From Pavona decussata (Eukaryota), in the NCBI GenBank assembly GCA_977016875.1, contig CDRNST010000175.1:744001-808000 (forward strand): 64,000 nucleotides of DNA, written 5' to 3'. The notes beneath the pieces are model-generated. The model was not told where the DNA came from, did not search any database, and saw only the letters and a list, made by a program, of their open reading frames with translations. Both the position numbers and the translations under genes were made by a program. Below, piece after piece: positions 1 through 13,888 of this stretch (the stretch's first letter is position 1; each line of letters begins with the position of its first letter).

Positions 1-24
1 CCAGAAATATTGTGGCTCATACGA

Positions 25-560
25 GTTACTCACTCACCACTCCTTCGCAAAGGCCATGTACAGTCGCTCTGCAGACCATCTCCTATCCTTTCTTCTTTAG
101 CTAATGACAACTCTTGCATGTGGTCTTTTATCTGTAGCCAATTACTCCAATTTTTTGTCGATGGATTTACCAGGTAACTGAAGGACTTCACATGTACATC
201 CTCCAGTGGAACCACCCTCGTACGGAAACTGAAGGTCGTCGTTTCAATTGAGTCTTTTGAGGTTCTCGTTTAGCCTCTATTGATGTCTACAGATGTTAAG
301 CCCGATCTGCGTTTAGATATTGTTGTTGAGGATCGGCGGACAAGAAAGCCAGGTTATTAGCAAAGTCAAGGCTCTGTGTGGACTAGTCTTTCTTTTAATC
401 CATTTGATAAACAGTTAAAGAAAACTGAGATGTAATGATGAAAAAGAAGATAGCCCTGTCTAACTCCAAAGTGTGCTTATGTGATGTGACATTTCTAGAG
501 AATCCTGTCTCAAGTGTTGTCGGAGACTGGAGTGGTTTTCGGATGATAATACCTACTGAT
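25..560 (-). mobile_element. Decayed RTE-clade LINE remnant
   Basis: Minus-strand frames give FGVRQGYLL, LDFANNLAFLS (cf. LDFADDLALLS), GLNI and VKSFSYL in RT order, with stops and frameshifts; short (GAGT)n-like tail near 28-38. Confidence 0.7.
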
Positions 561-2220
561 AGTTCCAAACTACCAACCACCCCACCCATCCGCCTTTTGT
601 TACATTAATAAATGCTCTAGTTATGGGGTATCTTGTTCTGTTTTGCAATTTTACTTGATGTGTTCCATTAACCTGCAGTGAACCCACAATGACATCTGCT
701 GAACACCCCAATGTTTAGTTGTCATGAAAACTGCAACAGCATAACCAACCACAACAAACAATAGTAACAAAATCAAGTCGTTAAATCTAAACACGCTGTT
801 CGTGCAAAAGACGAGGACATGGCTGACATTTTTCAACTTGGATATTGCCAGCAAAATGTTTATTCAAACCCAAAAATAACTTCGTGTGATAACATGACGT
901 CACTTAAAAACACACAAATGTTTACCTTGGTGATTGCTAATATGCTGATAAAAGACCAGGGTGGAACCATTTATTTCCAATTTTATTACATGCGCTACAT
1001 CAAATTACAACCGATGATGTGAAGAAGAGTAGGCTGGCTTTCGCATACAAGATTTTCAAGGTAGTGCCCTTTCATAAGCATTGGTTATTTATATAACGTT
1101 AGCTAACTAGGTGGTTAATTTATTCAGACCTATATGAGGTTCAGTGAACGGGTCAGTAACTGCTATCCATTGAAGTTTGGATACGAGCGAGCGGGCACGA
1201 TTTTATGCATCGGGACGCAGCGCAAAATTACTCGAGGCGATATAGCCGAGAGCAACCCAAGCTTTCTTGAGTGCTTAGCAAACATTTTGTCGATTGCATC
1301 GGCATTTTCGCGATGTTGTTTGGACCTGTTGTTTTAGTACAGTATCTTCTCTTGTTTTAAAAATCATGGTCCTCGGAAATCACTTCAGGTGGCCTACACA
1401 CTGGAAAAGGCTGTTCTTCCATTCGTCTCAATGCCTGGTTGTGCATTTCAAGCAGCGTGACTTGAAATGTTTTCGTTTAGTGGATGGGTTAATCTTAACT
1501 GACAGTAGTCAGAGATTAGGGAGTGCATTGGAAATGGCTTTTCACCATTTATATACTACCTTAAAGGTTGTCGTCTGAGTCAGAAGACGACTAAATTATG
1601 TTCCCAAACTGAAAGTAGTGTTATTCCATATTGTTTCGATGTAAGCAGAAGTTGTGAGTAACTCTTCACTCGTGATCGAAGAACAAATCAGTTGTAATGA
1701 TCAGAATTGAAGTATAAAGTGGCAAAGTTAGGTTATCAAAATATTATTAAACATCACAGGCATGTTTTAGGAGCCGCGGTCATACAAATATATACAAAGG
1801 TTGGTACGAAGAAACGGTCTAAGCAAAGTCATGACAATTACATGAGGTTTAAATGTCTTTAAATGCAACAGATACACATCCCATAAAAATTGTTTTTGCT
1901 AAATAAATGCTACATTTGGCCGAATTTCAGGCCAAGCTGTTTAAACCATAATTATACGTCGTCCTTCATCCTTGATTTGTTTTCAGCCACATTCAGTTTT
2001 CGTTCATTTAAAATTCTAATTAAAGTAACTCAGTTGGTGACACCCCTTTGAAGAGGCGAGTCTTGAAATTGACCGAGTCGTTTGCTGACTACTTTTCAGT
2101 TGATATCAATCGGTACAGTTTGTATTGGTAAAATGCTGCTGCTGCTGCTGCGGGCCGCTTACCAGAAATAAATCAACCTTTTCAGTGTTTCTAGCTTCAC
2201 TGGTTTCTTTCATGAAGGAG

Positions 2221-2417
2221 TAGCCTGCAGAAAATACGTTATTTTCTTGCGTTTTTCAGGCGAGCGGAGACAAGCGCGACGGAGGGTAGAAATAATTTTT
2301 TTGCGTCCCTTCCGTCGCGCGTGATCCGCGCTTAGCGCTCGCCTCGCACTTGCCTCCTCTCGCCTGAAAAACGCAAAAAATAAACAAATAAATAAATAAC
2401 GCCTGTTCTGCAGGCTA
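2221..2417. mobile_element. MITE with TAGCCTG...CAGGCTA termini
   Basis: Terminal inverted repeats tagcctgcagaa / ttctgcaggcta plus subterminal gcgtttttcaggcgag / ctcgcctgaaaaacgc. Confidence 0.8.
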
Positions 2418-4841
2418 ACGAAGAAGCTGAGTTTTTCATCTTCAAATAATTATATCATCTAAATGGAACCAGAATTTTACCAGAGGAAACAGTATTTGAG
2501 TGGCTAAATTTCAATATCAGTTAATGGAAGGATGAAATATTGGATACTGTAACTTCACGGTCAAAACTGACCCGAAGTAATAATATTGTACCATAGAATT
2601 TTTTCCAATTTTCTAATTTTTGATCGGAGCTCTGATAAAGGGATTTTGGAGAAAGTCGTTTGCAGTGTTCCGTGACAAGGACATGTGCACCCTATAGATG
2701 TTTATCTCAGAAATTAAATTGTCAATTTTCGGAAACTTTTCACCTGTTTATACCTCAGCGAGACACGCATGCCAGAATAGAAGAACCCTATCACGCACTC
2801 AAATCGCATCTATGCTTCAAATGAATTGCGCTGGTGCGGGGTAGCTCCGAATCTGGCAATGCATCTGTCTTATCTCACACAAGCGTAACAAACTTACCTT
2901 CTGTAAGTTGCCCTTCTTTGCAAAAAAACAATAACTGGTTTTATAGATACGCCAGGGTAGATGTAGTTTATCTGGTGGACTAGGGTTATGGTTCTAGTTA
3001 GCAAGCTTGACTCGGGATAGTCGTAAACTGAACAGTGAAGCGGCTGTTGATCTTATAAATTAGCATGAGTTTGACAGCTGGTAATGAAATGCATAACAAA
3101 ATATAAAGTTCAATTTATAGCTTTTGATTCTTATTTCGTTTTTTATTCATTTTCTTCATTTCATTAACGTATGTTTTACAGATGGTGATGAAACCCATAA
3201 GAAAACAGTTCAATTCACACATCCTTGAGTTTACTTCATTTCTATTCATAAGAGAAATGCATATAATATACAAAAGTCAAAAATTATTTTCACAAAGTCA
3301 AATTTCTCTTTTAAAGTGCGGTGATTTCACACTGTGTTCATCCTAGCAACTGTGCTTGGCTAATGAGTTTTTCATGTCCACTTCAATTACAGTGCGTGTT
3401 TATCGGAAGCTCGTACTTTATATTTATCTTTTATGTAACTTTCAAATCAGGTTATCACAAAATTCGTATTATAGGATCTGAAGCTTGCAAACTGTGATGC
3501 CAATTAGTTTGCGCAGCAGTGATTGGTAACTTTTCAATTTGGCAAATGTTTTTTCCTATATCTGTCAAAACAAGAAAAAAAACACCTTGATTGTTTTTCA
3601 AGGTTTTTGCTTGACTTATTTTCATGTCCTAAGTAAACATGTAAACGTTGGCACTCTTTCCTTCTATCTATTGTTAAAAAACATTATACCTTCTACCTTT
3701 AAAGTCCTCAGTTTGTTATTGACTGTTAAATCTTGGAAGCCGTCAAGCTTAGATTTGTTCGTGAGTAAATCTCATATGATATTCAAAGTTTCATAAGGGG
3801 AAGAGTGTGCCCTCTTGAGTGATTACAACAAAAGTCATGTGATCGAACAGGTTTGCGCTTTAAAGTAATATTTGCTTCTTCTTCTTGGCGGAAATCGTTA
3901 AATTTTACTTTCTAAAGCTGGTTTTGTAGCTGCGACAATCCATCCAAATAAACAAGCTCGTTTACTTTGATGAAAAAAATTTGCACATCAACGAACAAAA
4001 AACAGCATGAGACTGAACCTTTTGGTGACATGTGGAGTATTCAGATATCCTACAGACTGTATAATGACATAACATGTACCATTGCATCTTGTAACTACAA
4101 TAACGCTGAACAATATATCATATCATAAGCAAACCCTTATGCCCGCGTCGGTCAGTTGAAAAGTGCTTTTAAGGTATATCTTTAAATCGATTGAGAGAAA
4201 ACTCTGATGGTGATGATCTTATGATGTAAGGTGTACTTGAAAGGCCAGTGGAAACAACTGAAAACAACAATATTTTGGGTTTAAACTTTCCACTCATGCC
4301 AGAGGTTTGTGTGCAAATTTGAGAACTTTCTCAGTGTGCATTGTAGAGCTGTACGCTGCTGAACGTTCATGATTTCAATTTATCGCATCTTCTCATTGAA
4401 GTAAGTTTTTGAAAATGAATAAAGAGTCATGCAGAATTGTGATTAGTATAGCATAAATTTACCTAGTCAAATCTATCATATATCAGAAATACAAAACACA
4501 GTTAACATATATCAAGTTGTTTTTGAGGGTTCTAGACACGGTATGTTCTGATTCTTCGGTTTGGCTCTCTCCATGCTTAAATGAGAAAGAAGCTACTTCA
4601 CATTTGTCGTGATTAAAATGTGTCCCCATTACTTCTTATAGGTAAAGAAATCTTCCAACTTCAACTGAGAAATCCAAGCAAAGCGTCCATACCCAAGTTC
4701 TTACTGTTTTCGAAGACTGTCCTTATCTGAATTACATTCAGACCCAAAGCAAGGTAAGGAAACCGAGGGCTGGTAAGAATCAAGACTATTTCGATAAAAA
4801 AGTCGTAAACTCACCATTTTAACTTTCAAAGAGAATATGTA

Positions 4842-4952
4842 GCACTGTTTCTTGTCTAAGGAATTAGCACGACTGCAGAGGCTAGCCCTCGAACCACCAA
4901 CCTTCAGATCTGACGTGCAACGTACTAACCGAGAACACCACCGCGCATCCAC
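4842..4952 (-). mobile_element. tRNA-derived SINE head fragment
   Basis: Minus strand gtggatgcgcggtggtg...ggttagt...ggtggttcgaggg (A/B-box-like) followed by ccttagacaagaaac; resembles the SINE at 54030-54544. Confidence 0.6.
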
Positions 4953-5296
4953 AGCTTACGTAATGATGGTTACCAAATTGATTTTGTTTCCATCAGCCAA
5001 TGACCGTACTTCGTCTTCACGTAAAAACACTCTCGTGGATTTCTTTATCAGATGAGCCATTGGGCTCATAGGCTAAGCAAACGAATTTAGAAACGTTGTT
5101 TGCTCATGTTCTTCTGTGGCGAATAATGCGTCTCTAATTTTACATAAATTACATAAAGGATAGATTGGTCAGAAGTCCTCTAGAAGAGCCTTAAAGGTAA
5201 ATATTCATCTGGCAGAAAAGTTAAGTAATGAAATTTCTTATTATGGACGGTGTGTTTGAATGATATTCTTTAATATCAAAACTGGGATTAAATTAA

Positions 5297-5545
5297 ACAA
5301 CTCACGGATTATATTCCTTTAGATATGCATCAGCAGACTCACTAAGGACCTGAGGTCTATAACATCCTTTAATGATTTTAAATCAAAATTGCGCCAAATT
5401 TCTGATCATGTGTAACGTTTAATTTTTTGGGCTGTCTATATCATAGTTTGTTTCTTCTTTATTTTTCTTTTCTCGGAGATATTACCTTCTACAGCTACTC
5501 TGTAAATCCGAGGTTTAAATAAAGGTCATATATGTATGATGTATG
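5297..5545 (+). mobile_element. 3' end fragment of an L2/CR1-group LINE
   Basis: TTHGLYSFRYASA / LTKDLRSITSFNDFKSKLRQ* (frameshifted ORF2-like C-terminus), then AATAAA and a degenerate (TATG)n tail like that of the LINE at 61077-62613. Confidence 0.7.
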
Positions 5546-8500
5546 CAAGCAATGTTCTCGCCAAACATGTTGGGTGAACTTGTAAACAAACATTGCTCCG
5601 ATAATCTAGTATCGAACTATTCATGTTTAATTTCAAATTTCACTGATTTCACTTTAATTTCACTCATTTTTAGACTGCACATTACCCCAAGGTAAGCTTC
5701 TTATCACCTTTCCTTATCACCTTGTTAAGTTTTAAAATGTTTGGTTCTTTTAACGCGCCTTGAAAAAGAGCCAGAACTATTACATGTTACGAACTGTAAA
5801 ATATTCCATTACCTTTTCCAGCTTACCGTAAACTAAAATCTTTCATTAATTATTCATTCATTACTATTGCGGAAAAGTTCTTAGTTAAGATGTCTTTTGT
5901 CTCCTTTCTCTGTTAATAAGTTGACCTCTGATTTGCTGGGTATTGTCTTAATTCGTATTTATTCTCGCTTGAATTAAGTTTATTCCAAGAAAAAAATCCC
6001 TGTGGGTAAAAATTTTTCGCCAGTTCTTAATCTGGAGATAAAGATTCCTAATCATCATCAGTTCAATTTGTATTCAAAATGAAATGTTTTCCACGCCCTT
6101 CTTCATTTGTGCCATATCCATTAGGCTTCAATTGAGACTTCTCACCGCATAACAACGCTTGATCAAAGCCATTGACTGATGGTCTAAGATATTTGCATGT
6201 GACTTGATTGAACACAACTAATTTGCTTATACTTTGAAATTTGACTATAGACGTTCGTAGATTTTGATTCAATGGGATTCAGCGGATGCTCTAATTCTAC
6301 ATTTAGTTAACTTACAGCTGTTATTTTCAATTTACTTGTTACTTTATGGCCAAACTACACTAATGCCCTTGCCTACTACACATTAAAGAAAAGATGAATA
6401 ACAGCCTCTACTTTAATCGGAACCTTTTTTTTCTTCTTTTATGCAAGTAATCCCTCTCGATCACTCATAATCACCTTGTGCTGGAATTAAACAGGAGCCT
6501 CTGATTTTTTTTTTCCTTTGTACTTTTCACTCAGTGTGGCTGTTTTCATTAGTATAAATTTCCGATGGTCTGGATTTTGTTCCGTAAAACATTTTAGCGA
6601 CAGAAACAACCAATTTTCTGCTGATTTTTTTCCGAGTGATACCGGAGAAAATCCCCGGTGTTTTACTGATTCCAGTTATTCGTTGGTTTATCCGCTTGCT
6701 TTTAGCTTCAAAGTCCCAGAAAAAAATCAGAAACCTTAACAAGACTTCAAAATCTGCGGGAAATTTATAGTAGGTGAAGGTATAAAGCAAATCTGTTTGA
6801 ATTTCAACTCGGAATTGTACTAATCCGAAGATAAAATGTGGATGCTTTCAACACATTTTTGTCTCTGAACTATATGCATCAAGTAGGTAGCTGGATGCGC
6901 AGAGATTAAACTGAGGAATAACAAATGGCGGAGATGTGACTTGTCTATGTTACCCATAACAAAGGCAAAAAAAATCTGTGGGTAAACAACCACCATCACG
7001 CTATAATATGTTTGTTGAGGAAACTATTACACATCAGGTGTTTGCCTGTGATAAGAAGAAATGTAACAGAGGAATTGTCTGTGTTACTTTTCCTTCATGA
7101 CTGATTTTCCTCGCAGAATTCATTCTCAGGAGAGCGCCAACCATACTGTCAGTTAAGGGGTTTAATTATGAGCAATTACTAAATAAAGAACACTTGTATT
7201 TAGTTCGAGAAATAAAGCAATTCACACCCCCACGTTAAACAAGGTTGATGGCCAATAAGCTGGCGATGAAGGAAATTGCGTTTAATTTCTCGGCGCATAG
7301 ATTTCCATATTTTCCCAGCTGCTCGCGATGATACCCTGAATTTTTAATTCAACCTTTCGTTGATTTATCGCAAAAATATATATGGGAGAACAGAGAGCTA
7401 CGAATCCAGGTAAGGTTGATTAAGAAGAAATGAAATACCCTGTATGCGAAATGAGTAAGACATTGCCCGTGGTTCTTGAGCTAACAAATGATAACGAAAT
7501 GAGTGAATCGCATTGGTTTTAGAGCGTTTTTAGTGATATAATGCCGGGTTTGCCTTTGTAACATGGAAGGTCAGCCCGGGCACAAGGGCTAAGTTTTGTT
7601 TATTTCATTTTTCATTCGACAGCAATTTATTTTGATTTTTTCTTCAACTTTGTTTCCTCTTTTATTCTTGTATTACATCGTCGACCACTTTATTTTTTAC
7701 AAAACAGTCAGAAAGGATGTTTAATGTTGTTGAACAGTGTTGTAACTTCGATATCGGTTCACCCGTTGCGAGGGAGCCCGTAATCCACTTTAATGTTTGA
7801 AGGATGAACATTCAGAGGTTTCGTAAAAGCATATTTTTGGTTTGTAGATGGCAGTTGTTAATCGTACGAAAGTTTATATTTGCATGTGTACAATGCCATT
7901 AATTAGTGCGGGCTAAGTTTTACACACTGAAGCTCAACTGACGCGCGGTAATAGCTGTTTCTGGCAGCCATGAGCTCTTACTGACTGTCTTTAACAACAG
8001 GTCAACAGAAAACAGTTGTTGTCCTTAAATACAAGGCAAGTAAATGTTTAAAATTAAGGCTCATAACCAATGAAAACTGTTACTGTGTAAAGTGATTTAA
8101 AAGGACCCGAATTTCAAAGAAAGACAGCTATAGTAGTCAGGTCATTTAATGTTGCAAACACTGATTCAAGAAAAATATACTGAATAAACCGTCGAGTATT
8201 CACTTCTCGGAAACATGTTTTCCTTGGTTGTCTCCTCCCTTTCAACGACTGCATGAATTTTTCATGACGGTTTTCTGATAACACAATTTAGTTACATATC
8301 TGTTATTTATTATACAAGAAGGTTTTTCATTCACTAAATTTGAACCGCACGAACATGATGAAATTGTCACGGTCAGGGGCAATGGAAGATAGGACATTCA
8401 ACAAGAGATATGAGAAAACATCATGGAAAACCAATATATCAATTAACTGTGTTCTGCCTTAGGAAATAATTTTGCTAATTATAGTTACGGTTCCCGCAGA

Positions 8501-11335
8501 GTAATCGCGTAGATTGCTAATGGCTTAAAAACCGAACAATCCCCAACAATATTTACTGGTAACGATTGATCAAGCTCTACATAAGCTCGGATTTACCTCG
8601 AGAATTTCACCTTTTCGGCCAACATAAATGAATTCTATGTTATTGTACCTGCAATGTAATTTTGGCGAGTAATTCTTTAAACCGTGAAGCTGTTCTTCAC
8701 CGAGCTGTGATTGGCTAAGCAACCATGTGAAATAGAGCGAAAAACACCTTTGGAATAATATTGTGATTTTTATTGAAGTTTATACTTTCTTAATTCAAGG
8801 GAAAGCAAACGAACCACCAAAGGCGAGGAAACAGAATTTAAAAAGGAATTTGTAAATCTTTGCTAATATGAGTGTCTGTGTGGGCAATTGTTGAATAATT
8901 ATCATATTTCGTCAAATTAGCGGCGAAAAATAGTACAGGTAAAAAAACACACAAAAAAACTCAACCGAACCTTAGGAAGGATATAAAGATCGGTCAATCA
9001 TAACACGTTTTACATCGCTTTCCTTTGTTGATTGTCGATGATTTCGCATACTTAATTTGCTAATTCTAACCTGATCATTCCGCTCATTTTCCAATCCTTT
9101 GGGTTTTATCACTCTCTGAACATTATCTAAATCATCATTTTCAAAAAAAAATATGAAAATAAAATTTAGCATGTTCTCTTCTACCGGGTGCCAAAAAGAT
9201 CATTGTTGCTAACTATTAGTGTTTTTTTTTCCCTTTTCTAAACCTTTGCGATCTCACGGATTATCCTTACGAAAAATGAGTTATTTCTACGGTTTTACGA
9301 TTTCATGTTTTGTTATCGATAGTCACCTCCTGAGGATATTGCAAAGTGCTATTGCCAGTCCATGTAATGCAATTTTCCTTAGTTAATTATGGTTTGGCGT
9401 TTTCATTGGGTACCCTTAATTCAGCTACTTGTCTTTAATTTTACAAACTCTTGCTAAATTGGTCTAATACAGCAATCTCGAAATGCTATGGCTACAACAA
9501 GACGATACCGCCATCCAATTAATATTTAACGTAGCAGTATTTTGTGGCTTGCACTGTCGTGAAGATTGGCAAACTGTCAAAATTTTGTTATTTATTTTGA
9601 AAAGTTTAATTCCACGGTCGCTGATCTTTCTTAAGCCGAGTTGGATTGACAGATCATCCGTTTGTTTTGTTATTCTGATCGAGAACAAGAGAAAGATCGC
9701 CGAAGCCAAGTCGTACCTCCGGATGAAAAGAATTTCCATAATTCATAAATGCAACTCATTTAATACTGTCAACATTGACAAATCGAATTCTTAGTGATGC
9801 TCTATTTGAACACGAGACACTCGATGTTGACTAACAAAAAAAAAGACACAGTAGAAAAATGTCAAGGAAACAAATTTAACTTTGCTTTGAGCAAAGGGCT
9901 GTACTGATTTGAAAGCGATCCTGGGAAATGTGCGTTTCATAATTACAATGAATAGAATAGCTTTAGCCATTCAAGGAAACGCACTAATTACGAGTTTTTT
10001 CGGAAATTTAGGATAAAAACAACGGAACTAATTTAAGAAGTCGACAAGTCATTTTCTCTATCCGCATATAATTTTGCTAGTTTGTTTGCGAAAAACAATT
10101 TTTCTTTATTTTCTTCCATCGGTACATCTCATCCGCAAAATTAACAACCAAATGTTGGCACGTGATATGTTTTCAAGAGTCAAAACCCACTGGTGTGACT
10201 GATTATGATCGATGTTTTAATAAGCCCCTAAATAATCTGCTGTCTTTCACTCTAAGACCGGATTAATATATGCGCTGATTGTTAGTCATTGAAAACAAAG
10301 CACCTCGCATGTATTACCCGCGTTGTCCGTGAGTGCATGATGAATATCTGAAGTTCTAAGGTTTCCGACGAGGAAGCAGTCACCAAGTGTCCTTGGTGAA
10401 TCTATGTCGGTTATGGAAACATTGCCAGTCACTGCTTAAGACTAAAATTCTACTCAGTACAGGTATTCTGATGGTATTTGTTTAGAATCAGAGAATATCT
10501 GTCTGTTATGAATGCAATGAACGTTTTGTCATCGTGTGCTGAGAAAAGTTTTCGGTTTGCTATGATTTGCCCAGTGACATAATTCACAGGAAAATAATTC
10601 ACTCCTCTTCGCAGTTAGCGCCACATTGAACTGAACTATGTAACTTCGCTGAAATTTTTACTTCAGTGGACGATGAAGATTTCTTCGTCTGAATAACTTT
10701 ATTTTAGACAATGATTAGAAACTCAATTCTTAAAATGATCGCCAAGATCAGGTAGCTCGATCGGGTGTGGCAGTAGTCTATCTTTATTCCAATAGTGCTC
10801 AGTGCGGTGTGCACTAAAGCTTTAACAATTGTGCTTAGCTTACCTTCGGCTGTGTTTGTGAAGTTTGCATTCTTGCATGTTGTTACTCGCGTGGGTAAAT
10901 GTCGTGAATTTCATGTCAGCAAAGCAAACGACATGAACTGAATGATGCAAAATGACTGTTAAAACTGTACTTTGTTTTCCCATCACTCCAATCATTAAAT
11001 CTTTTGGTGAAAGGAAGAGTTAATCTGACTGGTTTCATTGCATGGAAGTACATGAGAACTGTCGCATTCTTATTATTCTAACATACAAAATTTGAACAGC
11101 TTTTGAACACAATTTAGCTTAAGTTAAATAGACGTGACATCCCACGGCTTCTTAGCAAAGTCGACCGCGAATATATATCAAGGTCATTTATTGGTCTTTC
11201 GTATCGAGTAACATATCTTTTTAAGTTTTCATAGTCACCGAGTGGACGCAGCGTTAATAAATTGAAATGGCTTAGTAGGTAACACCTGTTTAAGATCTTG
11301 ACATTTTCCATTTCAGTTGTCAAGGCTGTGAGAAG

Positions 11336-12406
11336 ATGAACAACTCCACAGCGGATGTGGTGGATAACAGCCCCACATTTAATACCAGTGGGGCTAATAT
11401 TGCGGCGGCATTTTTCGTGGCTGTTCTGATGTTATTGACGCTCGTAGGAAACATTATGGTGTGCGTCTGCTTTTACTGCTATCGCGACCTCAGAACAATT
11501 TGCAATTATTTCATCATCAGTTTAAGCGCAGCTGACATCCTGGTAGCGCTGTTAGCGATGCCAATCTGGTTGGTGCTACAGTTGACAGACCTGATGGATG
11601 AGAAATCAAAGAATATCTTTCCGAGTGAAGTGTATTTGTTATGGTCCAGTGTAGATATCCTAGTTGGCGTAGCCTCGATTATGAATCTTGTGGCTGTCAG
11701 TTTTGATCGCCACCTTGCCATAACTCACCCATTCTCATACAATGAGTCAATGACCTCTTTTCGTGCCATTGTTATGATCGTTGTGTTGTGGGTCTTCTCT
11801 TTCATACTCGGTGCTCTTCGATTTCCTGCCGCACATAACACGGATTTTCTTTTTTCGTATCAAATGGTGACCGTAGCAGTTGGCTTCGTAATTCCCCTGC
11901 TGCTTATGATCGTCATGTACATGAAAATTTACTTTGTGGCGAGAAATCAAGCGCTACGCATCGGACGTAACTACGCCAAAGACATTAAGGCAACCAAGAC
12001 CATTGCCATCGTAATTGGAGCGTTTGTTATTTGCTGGATGCCTTTCTTTGTTATAGTTATCGTGTTTGCTGTTGACCGCGATTTTCAGCTAACGATTGAG
12101 TTTTACAAGGCAATCAAGTGGATGGAATACCTCAATTCCTGCTTGAATCCAATCATCTACACCTGCTTAAACCGAACATATCGTCGCGCCTTCAAGAAAC
12201 TCCTCGTTCGTTCAAGATGCTGTTCAAGACTTGGCTCGTCTGAGCCTCTAAATTCCGCTCAAGCCACTCAAATGTCCTTTCACAAAACGAAGGGAGCGGA
12301 ATCGTTGTCTCACAGTTCTTCTTCCATCTCTGAGAACGGAAATGTCTGCATCACAAGGAATGACCATGCAGAAATAAACAATAAAGTACAGGGGACCTGT
12401 GTGTGA
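11336..12406 (+). CDS. Class A (rhodopsin-like) GPCR, biogenic-amine-receptor-like, 356 aa
   Basis: Seven hydrophobic segments; GN (TM1), SLSAAD (TM2), Asp3.32, DRH, CWMPFF, NPIIY; N-terminal sequons NNS/NST/NTS; polypyrimidine acceptor AG at 11315-11316 just upstream of the ATG. Confidence 0.96.
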   Translation: MNNSTADVVDNSPTFNTSGANIAAAFFVAVLMLLTLVGNIMVCVCFYCYRDLRTICNYFIISLSAADILVALLAMPIWLVLQLTDLMDEKSKNIFPSEVYLLWSSVDILVGVASIMNLVAVSFDRHLAITHPFSYNESMTSFRAIVMIVVLWVFSFILGALRFPAAHNTDFLFSYQMVTVAVGFVIPLLLMIVMYMKIYFVARNQALRIGRNYAKDIKATKTIAIVIGAFVICWMPFFVIVIVFAVDRDFQLTIEFYKAIKWMEYLNSCLNPIIYTCLNRTYRRAFKKLLVRSRCCSRLGSSEPLNSAQATQMSFHKTKGAESLSHSSSSISENGNVCITRNDHAEINNKVQGTCV

Positions 12407-13190
12407 AGAGGACTTGATTTCGCAGTGCGTTTACACGTTTAACATCAGTTTGATTCACGATCAACATCAACAACGTTAATTTTCTACAAGGTTCAAAACG
12501 GACGATTGCCTGTGGCAAAGTGAGGAGTCCCACAAAAACTCACAACTTCAATGTTGTTGATTAATTTTATTGAACAATAACCAAAAACAGTAGATGGCCG
12601 CAGACTACAGGCTAACCAAAATGTTTTCTAGATGTGAATATGCCATATTACACTTCGTTGTAGTCGGTAATGACGTTGAGTACAATGATTATGTAATGAC
12701 TATATCCGAAAGATGCTTAGATCATACTGAACAGGTGCAGGCCAATTAAAAAAAGACTAACAACTTCGGAGCCGACAAAATGGGCCGCTTGGAGTACAAA
12801 AAAAAGATGAAAAATTACCATTAATGTTTATTGCGATCTCATCAGTATTCAGAAAACTAGCATGAAAAGTAAAAACAGAAAAGCTTGCTGTATCAGACAT
12901 TACAACTTAAACTTAGACTGAAGAACTTTAGCAACAGTGTAAAATTACGCAGGGGAAAACGCATATATAAACAAATATTCCACGTAAGCTTTAGGTTTTT
13001 TAGTTCACTTTTCATATCGCTTTCAAATAGAGCGGAAAAGGAAGCTAGGACAAACTCCATAGCTATAAGCTAGGACAAAATATAAACTGTCAGATTATAT
13101 AAGTTCACTAAGCCAGAATGTTGACATGAAAATTTGGTTAAACGTCAGACTGCTGATGGCGTGAATGTGTTCTGAATATGGTGGTAGCGT

Positions 13191-13374
13191 NNNNNNNNNN
13201 NNNNNNNNNNNNNNNNNNNNNNNNNNNNNNNNNNNNNNNNNNNNNNNNNNNNNNNNNNNNNNNNNNNNNNNNNNNNNNNNNNNNNNNNNNNNNNNNNNNN
13301 NNNNNNNNNNNNNNNNNNNNNNNNNNNNNNNNNNNNNNNNNNNNNNNNNNNNNNNNNNNNNNNNNNNNNNNNNN
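13191..13374. other. Assembly gap
   Basis: Run of N. Confidence 1.
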
Positions 13375-13686
13375 CATCCCATTTGAGAAAAATTAAACCA
13401 GGCTCTCCATGAAGCACCTTTTCAGCGGCTATAAATGACAAGTTGATGCAAGTTAATTTTTGTTAGAAGGTAAAGGCTACAAACATTATTCTCGATGTCC
13501 GGGTTATTAAGCTGCGTGCACTGCGTTGCAACTGATAATTTGTGACTTAAAACACTGTGACATTCAAGAGCCTCAGCTTAAACGTAGCAAAACATGCTAA
13601 CTTACTTTTTCTCAAAACAGTAAAAGAAAGTAGCACCAGAAGAGAGTGCTGTGCAATATTATTCATATGATCTCAGTGCAGATTTA

Positions 13687-13888
13687 GGTTGCGTTCGATT
13701 GACCGTGTTCCCGAATAGGAATAATTGGAATAGCTGTTAGATTTCTCTTTTAAAGTAAATTTGGGACTCCATTCAGTTTCTAAAAACTTTCGCTGATACC
13801 CGATAATTTAGTCATTTTGTACTCAAGTAACTTCAAAAACCTCTTATGAGGAATTTCTTGTCATCAATAGGGTCAATCAAACGCACCC
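13687..13888. mobile_element. PIF/Harbinger-like MITE
   Basis: TIRs ggttgcgttcgattgacc / ggtcaatcaaacgcaccc flanked by TTA on both sides. Confidence 0.75.

Noticed and set aside
11506-11950. Antisense or overlapping ORFs on the GPCRs and the LINE
   Set aside because: Shadow ORFs of real coding sequence with no motifs.
12110-12165. Opsin hypothesis from the TM7 lysine
   Set aside because: The Lys is at 7.39; the retinal-binding position 7.43 is Tyr in both receptors.
13095-13441. ORFs spanning N runs (also 41279-41629)
   Set aside because: Artefacts of assembly gaps.
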